Shown here: positions 11,372-24,900 of the stretch, in pieces
How the letters are laid out: the number at the start of each line of letters is the position of its first letter
Numbering within the stretch: position 1 is the first letter of the stretch
NCBI GenBank assembly: GCA_964106915.2
Contig: OZ066922.1
Source: Podarcis gaigeae
Taxonomy: Eukaryota
Direction: 5' to 3' (one strand)
DNA length: 64,000 bases
Made by a program: the position numbers and the translations under genes
Notes under the pieces: model-generated
Told to the model about the DNA's origin: nothing
Seen by the model: only the letters and a program-made list of their open reading frames with translations
The model's database searches: none

Positions 11372-14300
11372 GTAAGTATTTTAATAGTGGCTAAAATTAC
11401 CAGTTTCTTAGAGGACTGGATGTTCTTTGTACAGTGGTACCTCTGGTTATGAACTTAATTCGTTCCAGAGATCCGTTCTTAACCTGAAACCATTCTTAAC
11501 CTGAGGTACCACTTTAGCTAATGGGGCCTCCTGCTGTCGCTGCAGCGCCAGCACACAATTTCTGTTCTCATCCTGAGGTAAAGTTCTAAACCCAAGGTAC
11601 TACTTCCAGGTTAGCAGAGTCTGTAACCCGAAGTGTTTGTAACCCGAGGTACCACTGTAGTTCATAGGAGTACTGAATTGCATACTGTCTTGATGACAGG
11701 CATCCCCTCACTTACATGGAGCCCCCACATGAATAAGTGAAATGACATAAAGTGGGGGGCACCCCACTTTGATAGGGAGGGTCCACAGGGAGGAGAGAGA
11801 GAGAGAGAAACTCATTTGTGCTGCTGGGGCAGCTGCCTGGAAGTCGCTAAGGGCCATTACCTGGCCGGTCCCAAGCCTTCTCTGGATCGGAGCCCTGAAT
11901 GGCGTGCCTTCCCTCCTTTCCAGGAAGGAAGGCCAATTTATTTATGCATTTTGCGGTGACCCATATAAACGTCTTCTGGGAAAGCGTGTAAATGAGGGGG
12001 TTGCCTGTACAGTGGTACCACAGGTTAAGAACTTAATTCGTTCTGAAGGTCCGTTATTAACCTAAAACTGGCGCTGTGGGTTAAAGCCTCAGTGCCTAGG
12101 ACTTGCCGATCGAAAGGTTGGCGGTTCGAATCCCTGCGGCGGGGTGCGCTCCCGCTGCTCGGTCCCAGCGCCTGCCAACCTAGCAGTTCGAAAGCACCTC
12201 CGGGTGCAAGTAGATAAATAGGGACCGCTTACCAGCGGGAAGGTAAACGGCGTTTCCGTGTGCGGCTCTGGCTCGCCAGAGCAGCGATGTCACGCTGGCC
12301 ACGTGACCCGGAAGTGTCTCCGGACAGCGCTGGCCCCTGGCCTCTTAAGTGAGATGGGCGCACAACCCCAGAGTCTGTCAAGACTGGCCCGTACGGGCAG
12401 GGGTACCTTTACCTTTACTTTTTACCACTTTAGCTAATGGGGCCTTCCGCTGCCACCGCGCCACCGCACAATTTCTGTTCTCATCCTGAAGCAAAGTTCT
12501 TAACCCGAGGTACTATTTCTGGGTTAGCGGAGTCTGTAACCTGAAGCGTCTGTAACCTGAGGTACCACTATACTGTGTGATGACATCGTACTTGAGTAGC
12601 AGGTCATTTATGAGATCCAGGCTCTGAAATGCTAAAAAGTTATTTCCCATTTAATCTTCTGTAACTATCAGACTGGGCGATTAACCCCATCAAAGTTTTT
12701 GTCTATAATATGACATTTTAAATCTGGATCTCCAGTAAATCTGGATTTTATCCAGATTTACTCATGCTTAGATTAGACCAGCTGAAAGCAGTGGGTACAA
12801 ATTAGTCATGACTAAACCCCATTGATTTGTATAAGTGTACTCAAAGCACAGCTGAGTCTGGATCCAACCCATTGTGTTGCATTGTAGCCTGTTGTAATCT
12901 AGTGAGATTATATTGAGCAATGGCTGTGGTCTATTGTAGATGTAATACTGTCAAACTCTTAAGACACTTAAGAACAGGATACCAAGCTGTGTACAGATAC
13001 CATTCCCCCATTTCCTCTCTTATGTGGAATTTTTTGCTCCCTTTCCTTGTAAGCATTGATTATGACAAAAGTAATAAACTCTGGCTAGTATTAGCTATTT
13101 TGACATTGTTGCAGTTTTATGTAACGATCAGCGCCCATTGGGGGTGATCAACATGACGATCAGCACCCATTGGGGGCCATTGGTGTGGTGATCAGTGTCC
13201 AGGGGGGCAGGGCAGCGATCCACCCAGGGGGATTTTGTCACCCCCCTCAGGGATGACACCTGGGGCACACCGCTCCCACCGCCCCCTTCCTACGCCCCCT
13301 GTGTGCAGGTACAGGTGGGCCACACTTTTCATTAGATAATGTGTCTCTTACATTCCTTCTATGAAAATATATTTGAGTGCCCCAATTGTCCTTCCCATAA
13401 CAGAATTGCTAGTGGAAAGAAGGGAACAAAGCTGAGAAATATTAGTATTTTTCTTTTTTGAAAAAATAATAATACATTCCTGTTTCAGAATAAATTAAAT
13501 TCCTGAGAATAACAACAGTAACAACAAAAAGTTTTGAAGTGTGACGGCAGTTGTATCCATATTTAGAAATAGTGAATAGTAACCTCAGCTTTAATAATCC
13601 ATATATAAAAAATAATTCAGATGATGACTGCAGAAGAGATACTGTGATGGTAATGGCATGGTAACTCTGCATTTTATTGCTCCACAGGAGGCAAGACATC
13701 ATCATTTTGCATCTCTCTGGCGATTTTAAGTGCATTACCTATATGTTGTGTTATGGCTCTTTTGTAGGTGTGTAAAAAGCTATGGAAAGAATAACTCGGT
13801 CTTTAAAGCCACATCCGGAGTTATAACAATACAATTTCATGCAGTAATTGCAAGCAAAGTCCAACATGATGATCACATATGGGCCTTTGCTGCTGCTGCT
13901 TAAATTATGTAGGCTCTCAGAAATGATTTGTGTTGAAAAGGCAGAGCAGAAATGCCAGGCCTCCCTGGAAGCTGCAGAGAATGATCTCATTCCTCATCAG
14001 CCGAGCTGAGCTGAAGATAAGCTTATGCTTGCAATTCCCAGGAAATCATTTCACTACTGTGTTAGCTTTCTAATTTTGTGGCTAGGAAATAATTGATTTG
14101 CACGTACCTATGCCTTCCTGGCACTGTTGTAGCAAGCTCTTGAGTGATTTATATAATATGTACTGTATAACTTCTATTCATTCAGGAGTTCAGTGTAATC
14201 TATGAGCATAATTCTGTTGACATGAATTACTTAAATCCCATTGATTATTATAGGAGGGAGTTAAGCCCACTTTCTTAGTAAGTCCACAAATTATTTTAGC

Positions 14301-17300
14301 CTTTGGGGGGCTAGCAGAGGATGGACTATGAGCTTTCTCCCTCCGCTAGCAGTACACTGTATTTTACCTTGGACACAGAGGATGGGGATTCTGTTTTCTG
14401 ACATGCTCCATGGTTTCTATGCTGGGTTTAAATGAGGGATGGAGCACTCACCTCCATGAAATTCATTGTCTGCCAGACCTAGCAGGCAAGTACTTAAATG
14501 CAAGACTAAGTGAGGTACACACTTAAATGTATCTGATTAAATTGTACCCTATTTACAGAAAGTATTTGCAGGGCAATTATTTCCAAAACTAGAAGAGGGA
14601 GCTTAGAGGTCTGTCCTTGTTTCTACTTTTGGGTCAGGGGGAAGAGACAGTGCTGCCAAGTTACTTCAACAATAATGTTCTAACTGCTATAATGCCATTT
14701 AGAAGTGACTCTAAATTATTACCATTCTAGGATAAAACCAAGGGCTCAAGGATAAGCAGAAAAATTAGTTTGCAGAAAACTGCCAGTCCACAGATCATGT
14801 AGGCCCAGTTGTTAAGATCATTTGGCCCCTGAATGCTGTTCTCATCTCTCCTATACTTTCATGCCCCTGGAAGGAAACTCACAAGCTTTCACTTCCTGTT
14901 TCAAACAAACCACAGTTTCCCACGTTATCCAAGTTCATATAACTCTGGTTTGTTTTAAACTATGAGTAGTAAGAACAAGCCAGGATCACACTATGGTTTC
15001 ATTTCCTGCCTTGTTTGGAAAGTATAGGCAAACTACACACCCTCAAGTTCAGACCTCATGAGGAACTGTGATTTGTTTAAGACAGGAAGTGAAAACTTAG
15101 CAAGGCGTGCTAAGGAGGGGAGGGAATGTACGGTTAAGTACGGAATATGGGGTTGTGACGTGATGGAAGCCAGAGCGCACGGAAATGCCATTTTCCTTCC
15201 CGCCCCAGTGGTACTTATTTATCTACTTATTTATTTATCTTGCTACAACTGAAGTGGGCCATGGTGTTCTGTTGAATTAAATTACTCTTCTGTGCTGGTT
15301 TGCTTTAAAATGTACAGTATTCTCTTTGTTGGGTTTGTTTTGTTTTGTTTTGTTTTGTTTTGGTTATCCAATAAACATACTGTTGCACACCTATCCATAA
15401 ATATATTTATTTATTTTTGCTTTATGATGAAAAAATTACAGACATGATCTAGCAGTTTATCCTGTTCTTGTCTTAGGTTGTTCAAGGAAAGAAATAACTG
15501 AGCACTGGGAATGGCTTGAACAGAATTTACTACAAACTCTTTCGATCTTTGAAAATGAAAATGACATAAACACATTTGTCAAAGGAAAAATACAGGTAGT
15601 GTATATATATTGTCAGCACAGTTAATTATCCTCATGACCAGGAAAAAACTATTATGCAAGCTTGTCCTTTATACTTGATTTGCTGGTTTGTGTACTTCTC
15701 TGTTTTGGTAAGCACAGATTCCAGGTAGCTTCATTATCTAGTTTGAGGAAGCAGGCATCAGTGGAAACAGATACATTGGTATTATCAAGTTGCATAGATA
15801 AGGGTGAGATCACATAACTATCTTCAGGTTTGTCAAGGGACTTATGCTGGCCACGTGGAATTTCAGAATTTTTATCTTGTAACATCACAACACCTCCCCA
15901 TCAACACATCACTCTTTTTTTCTTTTTAATCTTTTGCAATCAGTTTACCAAAACAGGTTTACCATGTGGCTTGTTTGAGAGGGAGTAAGGCCAGGTCCTT
16001 TCTTAGCAGAGAATATCTAGTGTGTTTGGTAGTTTAGGAAATCCATATGGCCAAGATCTAATCTCTTGAGATGCCCTGTGTAGGTTAGATTTAACAATTA
16101 AGGTTTTGTCTTGCAGCACTCTCCTCTTTGTTGCTTTGGTAACTTAGAATAGCAAAGAGCCTTGTGATATCTTAAAGGCTAAAATCGATAACACGGCAAC
16201 ACAGCTGAAATGACAAAAGCTTTTGTTTGTCTTTAATATGCCACCATTTGTTTGGCAACAAACTAACATGGCCATTCCTCTGGAAATTGTTAGTGTGATT
16301 TATGTGCATCCTGTGGTTTCTGAAGGCAATAGAACAGCCTTTCCCAACCTTGAGCCCCCAGACTTTCTTGGACTGCCATCACCCCTCACCACTGGCCTGA
16401 TGAGAGTTGTAGTCCAACAACAACTGGAAAGACTCCAATGGAACATATGGACCTGGACTACAGCAGTGGCAGACTTTGGGCTTTCAAATTTCAACAGCAC
16501 CCTGTGCAATGCCAAAATTCAGTGCCCCCCACCTCTTGCTTACTGTTTTACACCATTGTTGTAGTATCCTCTCGGCTCAGCGCCCATTGCAGGCAAACTG
16601 GTCACACTTTCCTAAATCCACCTCTAACTTCTGCTCTCATTATCCTTGACCATTAGCCATGCTGGCTGGAGCCTATGAGATTCCCAGCCCAACAATATCT
16701 GAACAGCTATGGATTCCCCAACCCTGATGCAGACTCATCTTGTCATTCTGCTAATTTGACTACAGCCCCATGTCACTGCAGTATGCCAGTTGGGTTGCAT
16801 ACTCAAAATGTGTTCTCTTCCTCTCCCCAAACCTTTTCTTTTTTAAAATGCTGGAATTTTGAACTCCATAGCACACATATATTTTGGGGGGAAGCCAAAC
16901 TGTCCTGTCTGATCTTCTGCTTCAGGGCATCATTGCCGAATTTAACAAAATTAATGGTATCAAGGAGGATGACGACACTGAAAAATTTAAGGAAGCCATA
17001 GTGAAATTCCACAAACTGTTTGGGATGCCGGAGGAAGAGAAGCTGGTGAATTACTACTCCTGCAGTTACTGGAAAGGGAAGGTGCCTCGTCAGGGCTGGA
17101 TGTATCTCAGCATTAACCACCTCTGCTTTTATTCCTTCCTCATGGGACGGGAAGGTATGAATGAGAGACTTCCGTTTCTATTGATCTTTGTGTGTGTGTT
17201 TTGAAGTTGGTGGTTTAGAACGATACACATAGTCATTGTTGGTGGACTTGATGTAGTGCAGGAACTGGCAACAGCACATGGACCACTAAACTATGTTTTA

Positions 17301-20300
17301 TCCTTCTAGTTAGAGTTGCCCATTCATTTTAAGTGTCACTTACGTGGAGACCTGAAACATTCTGGCTTTAGGCTTAGTGTTACGGTGGCAATATATGATG
17401 CCCCAGAAGTATGGCAAGGGGGCAAAGTGTCCCTTCCAAAAGCTGATCATGTTGAAGAAAGCCTGCTGTCACATCCTCATGGATGTTGAGCAGAGGGAAA
17501 AGTGGCCTGATGGTCTGAAGTGGCTGTGCTTAATCCTTATTTGAATGAGATTTCTTTGCTTGGGTTTAAGAAACAGACACTGGGTGATGTATTTGTCAAG
17601 GAGTGGAAGCAATATATAAGCAGTGATTACGGACAAAAGAGCTAAATTGTATACAATTGAGTTTGTTCATAAACAATTTTAGTTTCTGCCTCAGGGCAGT
17701 TGGTGATAACTCAGGCACACACACATTCACAGAACCTTCACCATTTGTGTGGTCACTCTCTATAAGATGTTTACAGCTTTAAACTGCAGAGCTATCTGAT
17801 TAATGGCACCTTGCCTGACGAGCAGTCGGCTCATCAACATCCTACTGTCAGGATAATTACAGACATTCTTACTTCCTGAATCCATCATGAGATTCACAGC
17901 AGTGGGGAACCTGTGGACTTAACATGTTGTTTGATTCAAAATTCCTAGCCGCAGACAGCATGCCAAGTGGTCAGGGTTGATGAGAGTTGGAGTCCATACA
18001 CGCCTGGAGGGCCTCAGGTTCCCCATTTCTGTCTATAGTGTCTTGTGGTATTTTTGCCTATAGTGGATTAAGTTACTGCATGGAGCCCTAGTACTAATTT
18101 ATTGTATGTCTCATACTTGTTTTTCCTCTTCCAACACTCTGGACTGATTAGAAGGAGGTTTCATTCTAGTGTACATTGAGTGTAGGGACAGCTGGCTGAT
18201 ATGAGAACATAAGCACATATTGCTCTTTCTGTAGTCCAGACAGATGCCTCCAGGAAGCTTACAAGCAAGGCATGAATGGGATAGCCAATTCCTGTTGCTT
18301 GTGCACAGCAACCTGGCATTCAGTGGTTATAATGCTGTTGTACTTGGTTCCAGTTAACTATATTGACTATTAATTGTAGAGAGCCTGATTTTCTTTGAGC
18401 TTGAGCTAGTTCACTTTTATATGGGGTGAAGCACAGCAAGCCCAAACAAAGCAACAGGCTCTTGCTCTCTCCCTCTTATCCTCCCTGGAAGGAAGAATTG
18501 CTAAGTTGGCTTCCATTTTCAAAGGATCTCAGCCTTAGAATGATGTGTGAACCAACCAAAGCTGGTTAGTTGTACAAGCTAGTCGAACAATCCTGTTTGT
18601 TCATCCATAGCTTGAAGTTGGCTTGTTTGCAAACTAAACATTGGTTGTGTAGAATTTTGCTTTTTTAAAAAAGAGAGATTATTTGAAACTGAAAGTGTGC
18701 ATGGCAGAATTCTTAATTATTGTTGTGTTTCTGACAAAACGGACCCACTAGCACCAAGTGCAGCACTGTGCTGAGGCTGCAGTCCTAAACACAATTAAAA
18801 TGGGGGGGAAACCACTGAAAGTAGTGAAACTTACTTCTGCATAAACATGCACTGTAGAGCCCTGAAACAAGATAATGGTATAAGTGCATAGTGTTGTTGA
18901 AAAGCTTGCTGTTTTATCACCAGTGGTTTTTGGATTTGAAAATGTTGAGTGGTCTTGTTCTCTGCTTACTCTTGATTTCTTTTCATTAGCCAAGCTAGTC
19001 ATCCGGTGGGTTGACATCACCCAGCTTGAGAAGAATGCGACTCTGCTTTTACCTGATGTGATCAAAGTTAGCACAAGGTCCAGTCAGCATTTCTTTTCAG
19101 TCTTCCTCAACATCAATGAAACTTTTAAGCTAATGGAACAACTTGCCAACATAGCCATGAGACAGCTCTTGGACAATGAAGGCTTTGAGCAAGACAGGTC
19201 ATTGCCCAGACTTAAAAAGAAGTCCCCCAAAAAAGTTTCTGCACTAAAACGGTAGGTTTCAAAGTCACTGTATTCACATATATCCCTGTATTTCAAAGCT
19301 CTGTATACAATAATAGCCCTGTGAAAATAACGACATTCTATTTTTTAAAAAATGAATATTTATTAGCATTTTCAAAAAAAGGAAAAAACATATAAAAACA
19401 AAATATAAACAAAAAGATAACAAAAATACAAAAATCCAAAACTTAAAAACAATTAAAAACACTTAAAAGTTCAAATACTTATTTTCTTTTAACTTGTTTC
19501 TCAGACCTCCTCGTGCCTCCCCTTCTTGTATTCCAATTTAAATTATTAGCTCAGCAAATCCTTAACTTCTCCATCTTGACTTAATTTAATTTATTCTAAC
19601 ATGTTATTATTTTACTATTCTTCTTTCTTCCATTTCCTCAATTTATATTTACAAACCTTATTTTCATTTAGTTTAGACCATTTTAATAACCAATTTTAAC
19701 TTATCCAAATTTACACATCAATATTTATACCTCATTATTTTTTCTTAAACATTTATCCTAAAGTCGACCAAAATTTCCCTTCCACGACTTTCCCAATTTC
19801 CATACCAATAGCAAAGCAAAGTAAAAACAGAACAAACTATATTTATATACTCTTTGGATTCCCAAACTCCACCCACCCAACATTCTACAATGGACTGTTA
19901 TAGGCCCTTTAACCTTAGTAGAATGTAGTTAGAATTAAGCATGTAAAGACTGAAGCTGTTTGAAATGGAGACTAAGGACTGGTGCACAAGGTAAGGGCCT
20001 TTTTCTACGGTGGCACCCTAACTTTGGAATGCTCTCCCCAGAAAGAGGAATATCAGATGTTGACACTACAAGCTTTTTGTTACCAGATGAAAACCTTCCA
20101 GGTGTTTTAAACACCTCCTGAACTTGCTTGAAGCTGGGGAAAGCCCTCCTCACCCAGCAAAGAAAACCGGTGGGCTTCTGGAGGAGGAATGGAAGGCTTC
20201 ATCCTTCATCCAGTGGCTTCTTACATTTTCATGCTGGCCTCTTCCTGTGCATCCAGTATAGAAAAGAAAAGGGCTTGTGGGTGGAGAGAAGGAGCAGGCC

Positions 20301-21851
20301 TTCCGTCCAATGGCAGTCCTCTTTGTTTATATGCACAGGAGGCAAAGCTTCATCCTGCATGGAAGTGCATTGGCTCAGTAAATAAGGAGGAGGAGTAGAA
20401 TGAATGCAGGGAATGCTCTGTTCTTCCTCCACCAACCTGCTCTGTTGCAATGTTTTTTATTAGCCTGCTTTTTACTCGTAAGGGTAAATAAAGAGAGCCA
20501 GCTGTCCTCTTATAAGTAAAAAGCAGACAAATATTGCAAGCTCGTGGCTGTTGTGGTGTAATTTATCTGGCTGACAGAAAGCATGAATATAAATGAAACA
20601 TAGAAACATCAGCACTGCTATGACAGATTTCTCCCATAGAATATCATTTCCTGGTGTTTTATTTGTGCTTGTGCAGAATTAATTTACAATGTACATTTAT
20701 CTAATCTGTTGAAGACATACGCATGCACATTGAATTTTAATATGAACAACGAAACTTTGAACTGCTCACTTCAGGGATCTTGATGCTAGAGCAAAGAGTG
20801 AAAGGTACCGTGCTTTGTTCCGGCTTCCGAAGGACGAAAAGTTAGATGGACATACCGATTGTACCCTCTGGACTCCATTTAACAAAATGCACATCTTGGG
20901 TCAGATGTTTGTGTCTACAAATTACATTTGTTTCACTAGCAAGGAAGAAAACCTGTGCAGCCTCATCATCCCTCTACGAGAGGTGGGTATCAAGTCTGGC
21001 CATTTTTATTATACCATGTAAGTCAAGTTCACAGGCTCCTTAGCTTCCAGGGAGCATCTCAGCAACGAACTCCATTGCTTGTGTAGTATAATTTACAACA
21101 AACTGGCACTGTCTCTGCATTAGCATCCCTCCATTTCTGGTCCTGTTATTATTATTATTATTAGTAGTAGTAGTAGTAGTAGTAGTGTAAGTCATACATA
21201 AAAAGGCCTATTGGGAAGTTTGCTGGGAATTGCAAGTGGGGAGAGTGTTGTTGTGTTCAGGTCCTGTTTGTGAACTTCCCATAGACATCTGGCCGGAGAG
21301 AGAACAGGATGCTGGACTAGGTGGGTCATTGGCCTGATCAAGGGCTACTTTCATGTTCTTAGGAAGGACTATTAAAACACATTCCCTTTTAATTGGAAAT
21401 ATGCATTGTTAATGTGGCTGTCTTGCATTATGAACAGATCTATAGCTTATATAAAGGAAGTAAGAACCTGGCTGGGAGAAGTATTAAGACAATATCATTT
21501 AAGTAACATAGCTGCTGATATTCCAATACAATTTAATAGGATATGTTAAATGAAAGGGAGGATGGCAACAAATTACCCTTTCTGCTAATGAAACATTAAA
21601 ACTCTGTAATAATGCTTGACCATAGATCATTAAAATAAAAAACCCTGCAAACTGAAACTAAAGCCTCTGTACATTGAAATGCCTATTATCCTGAAGTGCC
21701 TAATGCAATTTTTATTGCTTCTGATAAGCTATCTGGAAGCAGTGATTTAAAGCTTTTAAAAACTTTTCTTCATGGTCTTCAGAAGGGTCTTTGAGCATAC
21801 TGTTTTCATTTCTAACTAATGCACTGTTCCTGAAATGAAAATCTCACAACT

Positions 21852-21905
<54 letters not shown>

Positions 21906-24900
21906 TTACACAGTTAATTGTATATGAGCCAATGTTAAGACTTAGAAGCAGGACCATATCTCAGAAATAGAACCATATTTCACATACAGAAGGTCCTTGG
22001 TTCAGTCCCTCTCATCTCTAGTTAAAAGTGTTCAAGCAGCAGATGATAATGAGAGACCGTGTCGAATCATTGCCATTCAGGATAGGCAATATTGGTTTAG
22101 AGAGAGAAACTCTCTGACCTGGTATTAGGCAGTTTTCTATATTCCTGGCATTAGCACAGTTTGGGGCACGAGACTGTCACTAAATGAGACAACCTGTCTC
22201 CATACTACTCTTAGGTTTCTGCTACCACCTTGTACCTTGCTTTTGCTCTGGCCAGTTTTTTTCCTGAAATGCAGATTTCCTAAATGTCTGAAACATCATC
22301 GTTGCAAGGGCTGAATTGCTAAATCGCAGTAGTGCTCCTTTCGAGAGATATTTACTCACTTCTTTGCTGAATAACAAAATGTTAGAGCTCTCAGAGTTCC
22401 TGGAAGAAAATTGTACCTCTTCCCTTAAACCCTCACCCTTAGGTGCCTCTGGTAGACCTGCTCAGACTGATAGATCTCATAGATTATTTAGTCTTATATC
22501 ATAAGACTGTGATCCCTGTGCAGCTCCAGAAGTGTGCAGAAATGGATACATGGAAAGGCCATAAGATATTCAGCTTCACTGCTGTGAGGGTGCCTTAGAA
22601 AATGATTATATAATCCAATTGTATTTAAGATTGTGCCATTGCCAGATGTTGTTGGAATATGTTATTGGAATATGACCAATTGTATGTGTGTATTTTCTTT
22701 TGCCCTCCTCTCCCTTAGGTGACTATTGTGGAAAAGGCTGACAGCTCTAGTGTATTACCTAGCCCATTGTCTATTAGCACCAAAAATCGAATGACATTTC
22801 TCTTTGCCAATTTAAAAGACAGAGACTTTCTGGTTCAGAGAATTTCTGATTTTCTCCAGCAAACTACTTCCAAAATATACTCTGAAAAAGAGATTTCTGG
22901 CAGTTACAACAGCTCAGATGATGAGGTGAGTAGATGTTGTCAATGTCAGGAAGTATTCAGTTAATTTCAGATTAGTAAAATTATATAATTTCAAGTAGCT
23001 GCTCCCAAGTAATAAATTCAGTGTAAAGATTCCTTTTTGCAGAACTCCATTGACATGAGGCTGTTTTGATCTTATTAATGAATTGCTGAGGCATATGGTT
23101 AAACCCTCTCATGCCCATCTTCCATCTGAGAATGCACATCAACCATTGACTGTTTGGAAATGCTTTCATATAAGTCTTTTTCTGGACATGTAAAAATTGC
23201 ACATTGGGCAGAAGGCTGCTGCTGCATTCTGATAGTATAGAGTGTAAAATTGTCTATCATGTACTTCCCTTAAAATCTTATGCTGGCTTTTAAGAACATG
23301 TATGATCAAGGTTTTGTGGGAAAGAAAGCTGCTTGGACATAATAAATGCCCTCTGATATCATAATGGCACCTCTGATAGCTGCATCCAGTAATAGTAATT
23401 ATGCATCCAGTAATAGTAATTATGGGGATATCTATGGAAATATATGCTAGTCCATATGATAGAGGACATAGTCTACACAGAAAAAAGTCTTTACACCATG
23501 TTATCTACTTGCCACACAGTTGCCCTGTCACTTGCATGTATCAGAGGTGCCCGTTCACTGTATCAAAAGCCTTTTCCATGCCACAAAACTTATGAGTGGT
23601 GTCAGGGCTCCTAAAGTTATGCTTTGACTCAGAAGCCCTGTTCCCTAATACAAGAGGGTTTGGAGAGGAGCTGTGGCTACATTTAAGTAATGAAAAGAAG
23701 ATCTTTGCCCATAATTAGAGGCACTATCCTGTTGTTTCACAGTTTCTTGAAATCTGAAACAGATATCAGGATTGAGCTCAAAACAACCGGTATTGAATAT
23801 TTGTTTCTGCACTTTTCATGTAGTGCTGAAGGGCTATGTCAGCAATATGGGGAAAGCCTGTTTTAGCATGTCTTAATATCTCCCCCTCAAAAAAAAGGAA
23901 AAAGATTGCTTAGCTGATCACATTGGCCCAACTTGGCGGCACTATAGCTTACCTGGACAGGGCTGGGGGCAGGATGATGGCCTGCTCAGGTTTGTGCAGA
24001 TGCAACGGTGCAACTAATTTAGCACTCCTGGTGCTGCATCTGAACAGCCCCAACGTTACCTAACCATGCCAAGGTAAGCTGTAGCAAGGCCAGTGTTGGG
24101 AGGGTGGCTCTATGGCTCTGCCTCACCATACTGACCATTAGTGCTTTGCATACTTTGGTTCCCTCAATTATAAGTTTGCTTGGGTGTGTGGGAACCAAAA
24201 AACACATGGGCCAAATACTCGGGTGCCTAACTACAACCTGTGGTTTGATGTTGCATCGTAAACCACATCTATGTGTATATTTGAATTAGACAAAGACACA
24301 GTCTGGCGCATGGAGACTGAGTAATCTCATCAGCAACTGTTAACTCTGCATCCCAGAACCTTGGTTTCAGAAAAACCAAGTATCTTCTATTAAAAGAGGT
24401 TATCTGCTTTTAAGGTTAAATGTTGGGAAGGGGAGAGGAAATATTTACCCATATTCAGCAGATATCCTCTTGTCTGGAAAGTTGCCTAATGCTGGTGTCA
24501 GCAAAATGCCAGCTATTGACTGCTGAATGTATGCCAACTTGGAAATGAAATACAAGGCAATAAAAACCCAGCAGAAAGTAGCATGATGGAGTGTACATAA
24601 AATTGCAGTAATTAATTATAAAAGTAATTTGTTTATATTACAAATGGATTCTAATGAGCTTGGAGAAATGACCAAATGACCAAGACTGAAGATTTTAAGA
24701 CATAGTGGCTAGCTTGTCAAATCATAAAATTATGGTCAGATTTTTTTTTAAAAAAAAAGTGGCAACAAGCCATTTAAAAGTTCACCTCTTTGAATCAGAT
24801 GATTTAGTTAACTGTATTTGTCTTTTGACATGTGCTATTTTTGAGCATGACTGATTTAATAATGGCTGGAAGTATAAATACTTTCACAGTCTTGGAAAGG

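Noticed and set aside
12069-12140. A-box/B-box sequence as a tRNA gene
   Set aside because: It is the tRNA-derived head of a Sauria SINE; no cloverleaf or Pol III terminator.
16140-16290. Second Penelope relic as another hammerhead
   Set aside because: CUGANGA/GAAA boxes and helix II are degenerate; the same applies to 25000-25430.
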